Made by a program: the position numbers and the translations under genes. From Narcine bancroftii (Eukaryota), in contig NC_091473.1 in assembly GCF_036971445.1 (NCBI RefSeq), positions 112,096,001 to 112,160,000 of the forward strand: a stretch of 64,000 nucleotides of DNA. The letters are read 5' to 3'. The notes below the pieces were generated by a model. That model was not told the origin of the DNA. It was given only the letters and a program-made list of their open reading frames with translations, and did no database searches. This document shows, in pieces, positions 49,654-63,699 of this stretch; the first letter of the stretch is position 1; every line of letters begins with the position of its first letter.

Positions 49654-52600
49654 ATAACCATGTAACCATTTACAGCGTGGAAACAGGCCATATCGGCCCT
49701 TCGAGTCTGCACCAGTTCACTTGAACAACTCCACTAGCAACCCCGTCCCACTCTCCGCCCATAACCCTCCAACCCCCTCACATCCATGTACACATCAAAC
49801 CTTCTCTTAAATGACAGAAGTGACCCTGTTACAATTATCTCTTTTGGAAGATCATTCCATTCTGCCACCACTCACTGAGTGAAAAAGCATCCTGTAATAT
49901 TTCTCCTAAAGTTTTGGCCCCTTACCCTTAACTCATGCCCTCTTATTCCAACCTCCCCTGTCCTCAGGGGAAAAAGTCTATTTATGTCCAGTCTGTCTAT
50001 TCCTTTCATAATTTTAAATACCTCTATCAAATCCCCTCTCAGCCATCTACGTTCCAATGAATAAAGTCCCAGTCTCCGTAATCTCTCCCTATAATCTAGA
50101 TGCTGTAAGCCAGGCAACATCCTTGTAAATCTTCTCTCCATCCTCTCCACCTTATCTATATCTTTTCTATAATTTGGAGACCAGATCTGAGACCAGTACT
50201 CCAAACCCGGCCTCACCAATGCCTTAAACAGCCGCAGGATAACTTCCCAGCTCCTATCCACTATACTATGATTTATGAAGGCCAGCATACCATATGCCTT
50301 CTTAACCACCTTGTCTACATGGGAATCCAGCTTCAATGCGCTCTGTATCATAACCCCCCAGGTCCCTCTGTTCCTCTGCATACCTCAATGCCATCCCCTT
50401 AACTGCATATGTCCTATTCTGGCTATTTTTACCGAAATGCAGCACCTCACACTTGTCTACATTGAATTCCACTTGCCATCTTTCAGCCCACTCTTCCAAA
50501 CAAACCAAGTCCTTCTGTAATCCAAGAAAACCTTCCTCACTATCCACCACTCCCCCTATTTTCATATCATCCACATATTTGCTTACCCAGTTAACTACAC
50601 CCTCCTCTAAATCATTAATACAGATGATAAACAATAAAGGACCCAGCACCGATCCCTGAGGCACCCCGCTTGTCACAGGCTTCCAACCTGACAGACAGTT
50701 GTCCACCATGACTCTCTACTGTCTATCTTTCAGCCATGTCTGAACCCATGTCACAATCTCTCTACTAATCCCTAGTGAATGAATCTTCCTTATTAACCTT
50801 ACATGTGGAATTTTATCAAAAGCCTTACTAAAATCCAAATAGATCACATCAACTGCCCTACCTTCATCCACTTTTTTTGTCACCTCCTCAAAAAACTCAA
50901 CAAGGTTCGCCAAACATGATTTTCCCTTTACAAACTGATGCTGGGTACCCCTGATCAATCCCTGCCTATCCAGATATGCATATATACTATCTCGAAGAAT
51001 ACCCTCTATAAGTTTCCCCACCACTGAAGTCAAACTTACTGGCTGATAATTACTTGGCCTGCACCTAATGCCTTTTTTAAACAATGGAACTACATTCGCA
51101 ACCCTCCAATCCCGCAGTACCACACCCTCCTCCAGTGATCTTTGATAAATCACTGTCAATATCCCTGCTATTTGCTCCCTGACCTCCCTTAAAGTCTTGG
51201 GAAAAATCCCATCAGGACCAGAAGACTTATCCACCTTTATTGAGCCTAGAAACTCCAAAACCCTCGCTTTACTAATCCATAACTAAGCCATTTGCCTCAC
51301 TTATGTCATATAGGCCAATGTCCCTTTCTCTCATGAATATAGACGAGAAAAAATTGTTCAATATATCTCATATGGCTCCTTACATAGTTCTCCGGTCCCA
51401 TCATCCAGTGGACCCACTCTATCCTTGACCCTCCTCTTACTGTTCACGTATCTGTAAAAACCCTTAGGATTCACCTTCATCTTTTTAGCTATGGACTCCT
51501 CATACCTTCTTTTTGCCTTTCTAATTTCCCTCTTAAGGTTCTTCCTGTAATCTAAGTAACGATCATACATCTCCACAATCCCCTGTTTTTTTTTTATATT
51601 TAGCATAGGCCTCCCTCTTGTCCCGAACCAACTTCTTAATTTTTCTAGAATACCATGGTTCCCTTGAACCTTTGGTCTTCCCTTTCGGCCGGACTGGAGA
51701 ATAAAGATCCTGTACTCTCAAAATCTCACCCCTAAATGCCCTCCAAATTTCCTCTACATCCTTTCCGGCAAAAAGATCAGCCCCACAACTTTCTGCAAAT
51801 CCCTTCTCATTTCTCGAAATTGGGCCTTCCCCCACTCAAAGACCTTCAACTTTGGACCTGACTTTTCCCTTTCCATTATTAGCTAAAGCTAATGGCCCAT
51901 GATCACTGGATCCGAAGTTCTCTCAAATGCTCACCTGCGTCACCTGCCCCATTTCATTCCCAAACCACAGATCTAACACTGCTCCCCCTCTAGTGGGCAT
52001 CTCAACATATTGCTGCAAAAAGCAATCCTGAACATATTGCATAAATACTAAGCCATCCTGCCCTCTTACTGACTGCATTTCCCAATCTATGTTTGGAAAA
52101 TTGAAATTCCCCAACCAACACCACCCTATTTCTACTGCACATCTCAGCTATTTCCTTGCATATTTGATCTTCTAGTTCCCTTTCCCCATTTGGAGGCCTA
52201 TAATATACCCCTATAATAGTAACCTCACCCTTCTTATTTTTCAGTTCTACCCACACTGCCTTCCTCGATTAGCCCTCCAGTCTATCTTGCCTCAGCACCA
52301 CTGTTATATCCTCCCTGACAAGTAATGCCACACCTCCCCCTTTTACTCCACCAACTCTGTCACATCTAAAGCAGCGAAATCCTGGAATATTTAATGGCCA
52401 GTCACAACCCTCTTTCAGCCACGTCTCGCTAATGGCCACAAATTCATAATGCCACGTGTCAATCCATACCTTTAGCTCATCCAACTTCCTTACTACACTC
52501 CTCGCATTAAAATAAATATATCTCAGGGATCTCCCACATCCTACCTTCTGCCTATCCTCCTCTCTACCATTTTCACAGTTGTCACTACAACATCTTTGTA

Positions 52601-53320
52601 TTATTTCCTTAGCCTACAAACCCTCTCCCTGCTGTCCTGTCTTACTTGAAACCCTGTCCCCAATCATGCTATTTTAAACTTCCCCTGGCAGCCCTAGCAA
52701 ATGCCCCTGCCAGGAGACTGGTCCCTCTGGGATTTAGATGTAACCCATCATTATGGTATAGGTCCCATCTCCCCCAAAAAATGTCCCAGTGGTCCAAGAA
52801 TTTGAAACCCTGTCTCTTACTCCACCCCTTTAGCCACGTGTTTAACCTCCACCTGATTTTATTTCTTCCCTCACGGTCCTTCCAACATCATTGGAACCAA
52901 CATGTACCATGACCTCAGGCTCTTTACCTCCCCTTTTAGGATGTTCTGAATGCGCTTAGTCACATCCCAGACATCTGGTTTTCCTTATCGCATCCACAAA
53001 AACATCTGTCCGTCCTTCTAATCATTGAATACCCTATGACTATCGTCCTTTACCTCTTATCCCTACCTTTCTGGGCCACAGAAGTTGACACCACACCTCT
53101 GCCCACCATAGTCTGACTATCCCCCTCCTCAGTACTCAAGGTGGAGTTCCGATTTCTGAGCATTTCAGACTCCGGTGCTTTCATATGAACCTGACCCCTT
53201 TCCTCCTCCTAATGGTAACCCACTACCCCTCCTCCCGTCCTGTGGGACCACCTTCCTGGAGCTCTTGTCTACGATAGCCTCATTCTCCCTAACCAGAGGG
53301 CGAGGTCATCGAGCTGCAGC
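49654..53320 (-). mobile_element. Near-full-length CR1 LINE (ORF1 esterase remnant + ORF2 EN/RT), pseudogenised
   Basis: ORF1 WDLYHNDGLHLNPRG (SGNH-type) ~52760-52680. ORF2 AISETWL, GGGVALLV, GVYYRPP, FNFPNIDW, YLDFSKAFD, SGVPQGSVLGP, YVDD. (ATGGTTAC)n tail at ~49654. Confidence 0.93.
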
Positions 53321-53819
53321 TGAAGTTATATAAAGCTTAAATCAATAACATATATGAAATTTCTGAGGCAAATTATGCAAAGCTGTGCTTATTTCACCAT
53401 GCTAATGTATTCCAGAAAATTCCACACCATAAATCTTTCTTCCTTTATTTTGTCTAGAGTTCAATGATTAAACATGAAGCCTTGTATTCCATTTTTAAGC
53501 TTGAAAGCTTGTTAACAGGTTAAAAATTTTAAAACAAAGAGTGGTAAGCCTCTGGAACATGCTGCCATAGGCTTTGAGTGCATTCATGGTAGAGATTGAT
53601 AGGTATCTGAAATGCATCAAAGGTTATGGGGAGTGGGGCTGAGGGACAGGGGGGGGAGACAATGGATCTGCTCATGATGGAATGGCAGTGCAGACTCAAT
53701 GGGCTCCTATATCATTGTCTTATAGTATTATGATAGAAGATACAGCACCCAAAAAGTCCCCTTCAGGCTGTCTTGTCAATGCTGATAGTGAAGCACAACC
53801 CAAGAAGCCCATATTGTTT

Positions 53820-54240
53820 TCTACAGGCCACTTTGTTTTCGGATTCCTCTAGCCCATCCCTTCTCCTTTCCTTCCCTCCCCTCTCTGCCCATCACCAAGA
53901 CCTTCCTTCCTCTAGCTCCCCACCTTTTTCCCCTTCATTCCATGATCTTGTAGTCCTCCTATCAGAACACATCGTTCTTAACCCTCCACCTCTTCTTCCT
54001 TTTTTTCCCCCAATTTCATGCCCCTCTTACATATTCACCCATCATTTGCCAACATGCACTTCTCTCCTCCTCCCACCCCTTTATCTGAGTTCTGCTCTCT
54101 TTTACCAGTCCTGATGAAGGGCTTGAGACCAAAACATTGACTGTCTATTACCTTCCATGGATGCTGCCTGACCCACTCAGCTCCTCCAGCATTTTGTGTT
54201 TTGCTATAGTTTTTCCTGCATCTGCAATCTTCCTTGTTTG
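53820..54240 (+). mobile_element. Penelope terminal-repeat fragment
   Basis: Pyrimidine-rich body, then ctgatgaagggc...gatgctgcctgacccactcagctcctccagca. Confidence 0.7.
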
Positions 54241-54254
54241 CTCTCATATCCAAA

Positions 54255-54960
54255 GACTCCTTTCCAAGTCAATCAAGTTTATTGTCATCTGATTGTACAA
54301 GTACAACCTAATGGAACAGCATTCTCCAGTCCTCGGTGCAAAACACGAAGACACATAACCAGACATAACACACATACAGGCAAACAAAACGTTCCAAAGA
54401 CAAGTATTTCAGCTGTATAAATAAATAAATAGATGTTGTTTCTTGAATAGTATGAGCAGTTCCTTTTGTCCTTCAGCATTCTCACTGCCCATGAGAAGAA
54501 GCTGTTCCTCAACCTAGTTGTGCTAGGCTTGCTACAACTGTGATGCACCTGGCCAGGATGCTCTTGATAGAGCTCCTATAGAAGGTTGACATCATTGTGG
54601 CTGGTAGCCTTGCCCAGCTTCAGTCTTCTCAGGAAGTGCAGTCACTGTTGCGCCTTCCTGACAAGTGAGGAGATGTTGAGTGTCCACAATAGGTCACTAG
54701 TTAAGTGAACTCCAAGGAACTTGATGCTCTCCACTCTCTCAACTCCAGAGTTGTTGATGTGTAACGGACCTCCTTCATCTTGCCATGTTAAGACTGGTTG
54801 TTAATCTCGCACCACATCAGGACATTTTCCACCTCCTCTCTGCAGTCCACTCATGTTGCTGTTGAGGCCAACTACTGATGTGTCATCTGCAAACTTGATG
54901 ACACTGTTGGAGCTGGATCTGGTGATGGAGTCGTGGGTCAGTAGCATAAACAGGAGCAAG
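54255..54960 (-). mobile_element. Rex1/Babar fragment
   Basis: TTRLRNSFF..AVR.L 3' motif; KFADD-like RT remnant near 54890. Confidence 0.75.
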
Positions 54961-55049
54961 TTACCTGAAAAAAAACCCACATTTTAAATAATGTAATTGT
55001 GTCTGCCTTCACTTTCTTCTCTCGTATCTTATTCCAGTCTTAGTGTGAA

Positions 55050-55755
55050 AGTCCGTTCCCCTTTAAGTTTCCCTCTTATCAACTTAAACCCGACTCCACG
55101 ACCCTCGGTCTGGCATTCTTTCTTTACTTCTGCAATATAATGACATAATCCCCATTTAAAATTATTAGAAGCATTTAAGTTGTATTTATAAAAGGAGTCT
55201 ACTGCAAATATATGCATTCAGAATAAATATATTCCGAATAATACTAATCCTGAGGACGGTTCTACTTGTCAGCAGAAGGGGCGCTCGAAGCTTGACTGAG
55301 GGAGAATTGTAGGAAATTGTAATCAGCATCAGGAAGGGGGCTGAGACTCAGTGGCAATTTATCCAAGTGAGTTACGTTGAAGAGCAGTTCAGGAATAAAA
55401 CAGGAGCCCAAAGCTTTTGCAAACACACTAAAGAAAGAGTCCGTATTCAATCACATCAGTGATTTTAGCCTGCATTGTGTTCGCAAAGGGATTGTTTTGT
55501 TTTAAACTGAAACCTCTCCATTCATTCATAGCGCAGATTCAAAAGCATTTGTGAATTCCAAAAAGTTTTTTTAAAAAAGTTTACGAGTTCCTTAACCAAC
55601 AAGCTTCCCTTTCGGAGCGAACTTTTTTTTGGGTGCTGCATCAAAACTACGAGCTTGAGGAAAAGGTGGAAGGTCCGATAGGAATAACGCAGGCGAGAGA
55701 CTAAACAAAAAGTTACTTTAACATTTCGGCTACGGATTTTACAACAATTCTACAC
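55050..55755 (+). promoter_or_regulatory. Promoter/5'UTR of PLPP3-type gene
   Basis: TE-free, mildly CpG-enriched sequence directly upstream of the ATG; TATA-like tttataaaa near 55185. Confidence 0.45.
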
Positions 55756-55882
55756 ATGCAGAGCTACAAATACGACAAAGCTATGCCTGCCGACAACAGA
55801 AATGGTGGGACTTCAACTCTGAATAATAAGGACCACAAAAAAGTCATGTTAATCTGCCTGGATCTCTTTTGCTTGTTTCTTG
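55756..55882 (+). CDS. PLPP3: Phospholipid phosphatase 3 (PPAP2B/LPP3)-type, first coding exon; intron 1 runs beyond window
   Basis: MQSYKYDKAMPADNRNGGTSTLNNKDHKKVMLICLDLFCLFL versus human MQNYKYDKAIVPESKNGGSPALNN...RVLLICLDLFCLFM; phase-1 donor G|gtgagt at the equivalent position. Orthologue versus close paralogue not resolved. Confidence 0.88.
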
Positions 55883-57669
55883 GTGAGTACATTGTGGAAG
55901 CGACTCTATTTGCTGGGAGTTATCCATGCTGCGTTGTGTTTACATATTGTCAGGGCTCAGGGGCAGGCAGTAGGTGTTGCCACTGTTCTTGAAATATTGC
56001 TGTAGCATAAATCAAGGAATCAAACTTTAATTTATCTTGGTGGGGGCGGGGGGGGGTGGAGATGAGTCACCCCATTTATTTTGCCCAAAGCACCAGCTCA
56101 ACTAAAACGTTCCCCGTAAATGATCAGAATCGACCCAATTTAAATAGATACTTTTATTACACCGGCTGCAAAATTCACTCCAAAGCAAAAAAAAAATTGT
56201 TGGTTTGCATGAGGCCAAATCAAATCAGAGACAAGACATACTTTTTGGAGGGAGGAATGATTCGAAGCGAGTGGCTTAATCTGTGAATGGGTGAGTTTCT
56301 GCGCAGATCCCTGCCAGGGTCAGAGCCATGCAGAGTTGAAACGTGCAGTGGACGCAACGCCAGATGTGACCTCGTGTTATTACATTTTCAAGCACCATAT
56401 TTATAGTTGCGCAGATATGAGAAAGGAATCGATGGGTATGATCTTTAACCGTTCCGGTTCCTCTGATCTGTTTTAACCCATTCGAGGCAGGAGATAATTG
56501 TACTACAGTATTGCTTTACGTGGACTACCTGTAACCTAATGTGAGGTCGTCAGACAGATTTAGATTGATCTAAGTTTGCAAGACGAGTTTGACATTACTG
56601 TGCATGTGATGTCATTCCATGCAGCTGAGCTCTGTCTATATTGCCTTAGGGAGAATTGGGCATTTTACTTCAATCTATCCATTCTGAGTACCCAATTTTC
56701 TGGCAATTAAATGAAGATTAAGACTAAAATGAGTGGCCACCATGAAAATTTTAAGGTGGTTATTTACTGCCATTTTTTGCGGGTTCTGCTTTGCTAATAT
56801 CTAAATAGTTGACACTGTATGAGAAAGAGATGAAGGTGATTGTAACATTTGGTGATGGCTAAACATCTTATTCTCCACACAGACTCTTTGTATTGCACAT
56901 TTTTAAATTGATATAATGAAATATATTGCCAAGTTTGAACTTTATAATGCATTGAATCAGAGAATGCATTGATAACTGTCAACACAAACTTTGGGATAAA
57001 CCTCTATTTACCAGCAATGTCATCTTGTGGTAATGAAGAAAACAAAAATCTCATTTTCCATATTGATGATACAGGTAATCATGTCCATTTATTAGTATAT
57101 TTTGACCAATAGCCATTCTGTTTGGATCTGGTGTTAAATAACTGTTCTACCAAACTTTAGGTTACTCAGTGAGGTGATTCGATTACAGTTCTAATCAAAA
57201 CAGAAGCCTGGAGGGTACCATCTAGTCTGTGTTTGGACACAATGCTTTTCATTATATGCAGGGAATGTAAAAGGCCCAGAGCTGTGTTTACTCTTGAAGA
57301 CAGTAACCAAGAGAATATAGTGGCAGGAGCATTCAGCAAATTCCACTTATACCAATATAATTATGATGAAAAGGCAATGTATAATGAAATACTTGAACCT
57401 CTAGGAAGATTGAATTCTATTAAATGGAAACTTATTAGAAGCTTGTGTGCATGCTTTGATCACACTTATAAAAACACCATAGCAATTTATTATGTACATT
57501 CCAACTTTACACCATTGAATATTATGGTATTACTAACAGTGTCAGAACTTGGATTTTTAAAAAATCTTAACAAATTATAATGGCAATCAATAATGATTTA
57601 TTATTTGAGAATCAAAAGTCCCAATCAAATCTCTCACTGGGTGTCAGGTCTGGTCAGTGATTCGAAACA

Positions 57670-58735
57670 TAGGACATTGAACATAGAAAAATAAAGTACC
57701 AGAACAGATCTTATGGCCCATGTGTCTGCGCCGAATATGATGCCCCATGTTAGACTAAAACTCTGCTGCTTGTTTATGATCCATATCCCTCTATTCCCTG
57801 CATATTTGTATGTCTATCTGGAGGCCTCTTAAATGCTACTGTTGTCTCTGTTTCCCCACTCTTCCTGGCATCTACTTTCTTCGTCAAAAAACTTGTCCTG
57901 CATATCTCCTCCTTTAACCCCCCCTCTCCTTAATGTCCAGTGTGTGACATTTTTGCCCTGGGAAATAGATTCTGATGTCAATGCCTATCATAATTTTTAA
58001 AACTTCTATCCGGTCACCAGTCAACCATTTATGTTTTTTTTTTTACACAGAAATTCTGCAATATTTCCTTAGGGAAGACCCACCATTAAGCCGGCTTTGG
58101 TCGCTTACACTGAAACGAGCAAAGCCTGCATTTTTCCGGGTCATGGTGTCAGCAAGCCTGTATTTTTCCGGGTCAGTGTGCAGCAAGCTGGAAATGTGGG
58201 AGCAAAAGAGGTGGGACGTGTAACTTTACTGCATCGGTGCCTAGTGTGATGGGCATATCCTTCAAAACAAAAATGGCGGTTGATATTGATGTGCTTATGG
58301 TACTAACCATGAACATGTATACCGCTCTACATTATTTGGATTTGTTTAGCCTTGAGGCTACAAAAATCTCATGTAGCTTGAGAGACAATGATGGAGGTGG
58401 ACAAGATTATGAGGGGCATAGAGTAGATAGCTTGCATCTTTTCCCAGGACAGCAATGGCCAATATCAGAAGACATCTGTTTAAGTGAGAGGAGGAAAGTT
58501 TAGGGGACATCAGAGGTATATGTCTTACACAGAGAGTGGTGGACACCCAGAATGCATTGCCAGGACTGATCTGCTAAGGACATTTAAGAGTCTCTTAGGC
58601 ATGTAAGAAAAATGATGGTGGGGATATGGACTGTAAGAGAGGAAAGGGGTAGATTGATTGTGGAGTAGGCTTATATAAATTGGAACAACATGCTGAATGA
58701 AGGGTTGTACTGTGCTGTACTAGTCTATGTTCTAA
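57670..58735. mobile_element. Two oppositely oriented CR1 3' fragments (57670-58030 minus; 58330-58735 plus) around an unidentified insert
   Basis: CR1 3'UTR/tail similarity to 6900-7240 and 36700-37080. Confidence 0.65.
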
Positions 58736-58977
58736 AGCTCTTAGTCTATTTCAACTTATGCCAGGCGACTTTGACAATATTCAGCCTCCAGGTTTGGGAA
58801 ACAAAGTTCCGATTGGATGACTGCCTTGCTGAACACTTCTATTCAGTCTGTAATCATAATCCTAAGATTTCTATTGCCTGCCCCCTTAGTCCTCTAACAC
58901 ACTCCCATTTTGACTTCCTTGCCTTCAGCTTCTAACATTGTCTAATAATCCCAACATAACCTTGATTTTAAAAAAAA

Positions 58978-59218
58978 TATTTAGATATCCAGCATGGTAA
59001 CAGGCCATTTCAGCCCATGAGTCAGTTTACACCCAATTAACCTACACTTTGGTATGTTTTGAATGGTGAGAGGAAACTGTAGCCACTGGAGAAAACCCAT
59101 ACAGATACGGGGAGAACATACAAACTCCTTACAGACAGCGCTGGATTTGAACCCATGTCCGGTCCCGATCGCTGGTGCTGTAAAGGCATTGCACTAACTG
59201 CTATGCCAACCATGCCAC
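58978..59218 (-). mobile_element. V-SINE (HE1-like)
   Basis: A-box tggcatagcagttag, B-box ggttcaaatcc, V-domain core on the minus strand. Confidence 0.85.
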
Positions 59219-62200
59219 ATTTTGTTGAATTCAACCACTGAAGTCAATAAAATGTGAATGCTAGAGGCAATTAATAAATAATATCATTAAGGTGTGCACA
59301 TGCACACAGTAATACATGGAGGCAGTAATTTGTGGGGCTTTTACTGAGAAATTGTAATAAGTGCTCATTTATGCTTGGAAAGTGAGGCTTTATCTGAATT
59401 TAATTTTGTTCTCAATTAGAAATGTGTATATTTGCTTCAAATTCCATTCTTTTTGACGAAGCAAGCTCTATGACAAATGATTAGAAGTTAAAGGGTTGTT
59501 TTATTTCACAAAATATTTGCTAAATTCCATAACTTGCCAAGGAAAGAATTCCAAAATCCACAAGAACACATTTAAAATTTTCAAATCTCGCACTGATAGG
59601 TCACACAAATTACCTGCCATCAAAACATCATATTTCTTACCTGAGTTGGTCCGGAATGCCAGAAGTGCCTTTTACACAACGGCATTCCAGGACTGTTGCT
59701 GGAAAAAAATCTGCGACTGCAATGACCCACCACCCATCCTGTCTCAGTGCTTTTTAGACAGAAGGTGTTCTGTTAAAAAGAAGCAACTGTCCTGGAATGA
59801 AAAACCATACCTGGAACTTCAGTGAAATAATCCAAATTTGTTCAACCTCTCCTTAAGGCTCATACTCTCTAATTCAGGCAAAGTCCTGGTAAATCTCTCC
59901 TGTACTCTTTCCAAAGCCTTCACATCCTTTCTGTATGGGGTAGAATTGCACACAAACATGCTTATTTACATTTTTGTGTAGTGAAGTCCTTGTTATTGAA
60001 CAATAAATAGAAATGAGGATTTTGAATAGCTTACCAATTACCAATAATATTTTTGCTTGATAGTTGGACACTCACATTCTCTCACACACACAACATAGTT
60101 GGAGAAAATAAATTTAAAAATACACCTAATAAGGTTTTCTGTGTTTAATTCTTAATAATTGATAAAGTATATTATTTTTACTTGTTTACTCAATCATGAC
60201 AGAAGGTTAACTTTCTAATCACAAGCACAAACTGGCAATTTTTGGGCAAAATTACCAATGAATTTGACCTTTAGGAAGTATGGAGCATTGAAATTATTAC
60301 TGCACATTGTCCATAAACAAATTGAAAGAGATGATACATCTTTGAACTCTAATTGCAGTGTTTAACTGAATTTTAAAATTGTTAGATATTGTGGTTGCAA
60401 GGAAGCTTTCTTTGTTTTTCTATCATTGATTTTCTTTTATAAAACACTTTAACGTGGATTTTCTCTGGTACCCCCTAAGGGGCATCTGTCACTAAACTGA
60501 TAAATAGTTGCAACACATTGTTTTAATTAAGATACTTAAAATAGTCATTAAATAAATGTTATAAAACACCACAAATGGTTTATTTAAAGTAGAGCTAACA
60601 TTGTGACAAATATATATCTGAAGATGGGGATTTTTATTCAGATGATGTCATTGCAATTACATGTCTTCATTCTGACCTACTGATATAAAGGTATACCACC
60701 ATTAGGAGTTTCACGCATGCAAATCAGGAACTCCATTCACCAATCAACACAATGGCTTGACACCATCAGATCCTTCAGAACCAAGCCAAGCCAATATATA
60801 TTATGAGGCTGCTGGTAGCATTCTTTAAGTGGCACTCATTGCATAGAAATAGTCACTTTGGCACTAGAAAAGATTTTCTATCACTTTTCCCAGGTTAGTT
60901 AAAACGTATAGTCTATTTATAATTCCATCAACTATTTTGAGGAGCCAGGACTTTTCAGAAAACATACCTGAAAAATATAAGCTATTTTATTATTATGACC
61001 TTATTTGATGCACCAACCAGACAGAGCTAAGGATATGTGCCTTTTTAAAAAAAAAAATCCAGGTGTGATAAATAAGAGATTTATTTTAGAGAAATGTGGA
61101 TAATATAAATCTTTAATAATAACCACAGGGAAAAAAGCTCAATTTTTTTTCTCTCGATGTGGCTTATTTTAGATCAGAACATGGTCAGACACTTCAATTG
61201 CTTATTTTCTTTATTAAGTACTCTGCTTTTGAGTTTTTTAATAAATCAAGAGCAAACATGGTGTTCTTGTTATGTCTGATACTGATACCACATTGGACTG
61301 ATGATAAATTAGTTTCTAATGTGAATGCCCCTGAATATGTTAAACAGTAAGATTTTCCAGCTGTGGAATGCTTCTGAGTAGTAAAAGCAGAAGTTGTACA
61401 TATCAATTACTCTATTTGTTAGCCTAATTTCACTGTAATTTGTTATCAGAAGTGAAAATTGAGTAACAGAAAAGTTTTTTTTTTAACCACACAGCTGATG
61501 GTGCTTTTGGCAAGTTTTGTGTGTGACTGAAAAATTCCTCCCATCACAACTGCAGGTGCTGATGTTATTCTGTAATTGTTACTTGGCAGATAAATGGTAT
61601 TAACCCCAAGGCTTTTCCTTGTAGATCTGTTTTTTTTTAAAAGCTTCCTCTTAAAAGACATTTGAGTTATACATTTTACCTTTCTCAGGATGAAGCGATT
61701 TCTGCTGAATACTCAACTGGAATTTTTATAGCTAGATTTTAACTATGCCTAAATAAACATCTGTAAAATATATTCATGATCAGTTGAAATATTTATTTTC
61801 ATTTGGTTTAAATAGCTTGCAATAAATGATGATTAATAAAGTCACATGGGATTGACTCTGAGAATAGTGTGAGTGGATTTAAAACCAGTTAAGGTAACAC
61901 CAGAGTATATACCTTTGCACATTTGTACCATTGGGCTCAGTATCTTTTCTAAGAGTGGAGGTTTGTTAGCATTTCTTTTGCAGGTGAATTATGAATTAAT
62001 GGGGTTCCATCTCTCTACTTTCAGCATCTCCAAGGAGACAAAAGATGAAAAAAAAACAAATTAATATTATGTTTTTACTCTCATTAGCTCTCTCCCACAA
62101 ATTTTATTGATGAGTGATTGTACATTAAAAGGGAGCTATCTTCACAAAGATACTGAAGTTAGTGGTACTAGAGTTTTTTGAAGTTTGCCCATCTTCAGTT

Positions 62201-63699
62201 GTCCATGTCACACATTGTCCTACCAACATAAAATTAGAGCTTTTGGGCTCATTGCGTATTCACAAAACAAAAACTAGAGGCATATCTTGTTGAGATTGCC
62301 ATGATACATCAATTAAAGTGTCTGATATCAACATTGGGCGCATGATGTCTGCCAGCCTTGATCTTCAATGCACAAAATATTTGACACCAGTCACTTTTTA
62401 AATGTTTTTAAACAAAGCAGAACACTAGTACCTGTTATGTTGTCTGCTTGATTGATCATTCCACATCTTGCATTGGAAGGTGTCACTTGGGGCATGAGAT
62501 AAAATTGGGACAGCTGTTCACTGGGAGTGGGGAAGCTGTAAACAGACACCCACACTGGAGTGTGTCTTGCCAAGGTTTGCTTCACTTTGATATCAGTCTT
62601 TCATATGTTTCATGCAACTGTCCTGCATGAGAAAAAAAATCCTTTAAGATCTTTTAAACATTCCCAAAGACAAGTGCATCAAAGTCATGTCAATTTGAAA
62701 CTTTTTTAGCAGCTCCTACTGGGCAAAGTGCAGGTCTTGTGTGAGCAGATGATTCTTGGTATATACACTACTACTAGAATGTTGCTTTTAATATATTTTT
62801 AACCATCATGTTTTTTTGCAGGGAATCTTACTGGATATAAGTGCAAACAGCTGCAAATGTTTAATGCACCAAAAAAGGGTGAAATCTAGTTTCTGGGTTA
62901 ATAATTCTGTACATTCCAACTCAAAACCTCTTTGTTGCATACAAAAACAACTTTAAGACAGGCATGTGATTTTAAGTCAAAATTATATGTGGAGAAATGA
63001 CATTAGGAAGATCCCTTGAAGTTTATTACTGAATAGATCATGTTACAAAAACATTCCAGAAACTAATATAAGGACAGGACACTGTTTTGAAGTTGTATTT
63101 GTTTATAAAATGTGCTAAAATCTTCACAGATTAAATTTAAAACTCTTAAATTTGTAGAACTGATTTTACAAGTTAACATTTCTGAAAATTATCATTTTCA
63201 GGACAAAAACTGAATATTAAATTGGCGATTTCCTTACACTCCACATTGTCAGTGCTCTAAGCACGATGAGTGACATCTGGAATGAATTTGGAGGGGGCTT
63301 CTCAAAGGCATATGTAACTGATAGAATTGTGCAGGCAATGAAATGCAGCCAGTCTCACTCTGAAAAGCAAAACTTTATTGACCAACCCATTTCCATGGTA
63401 CTTCGAGCTAATTGGCGAGTAATTGTTTGACTTGTTTATGACAGAAAGCGTTTGGTGGAATCTTGGAGAACTGTTGTGATCTCAATTGCCTGCATTCAAA
63501 GACTGAAAACATTATTTTTCTTCAACCAATTCTCCTTTCTATCCAGAGTCACTAAAGAGAACTTAATGTTGAGTCAAGATTGTTTTCTTATGTCTTATTT
63601 CAAAAGGGGGTTCCATGAATATGTCCATTATATTATCTTGCAATTATGGATCAATCTTGGTACATAGTGGTGGTATGGGCTGGTCAATATAGCACCTTT

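Noticed and set aside
59140-59218. A/B-box sequences as tRNA genes
   Set aside because: They are SINE heads joined to V-domain cores; no complete cloverleaf.
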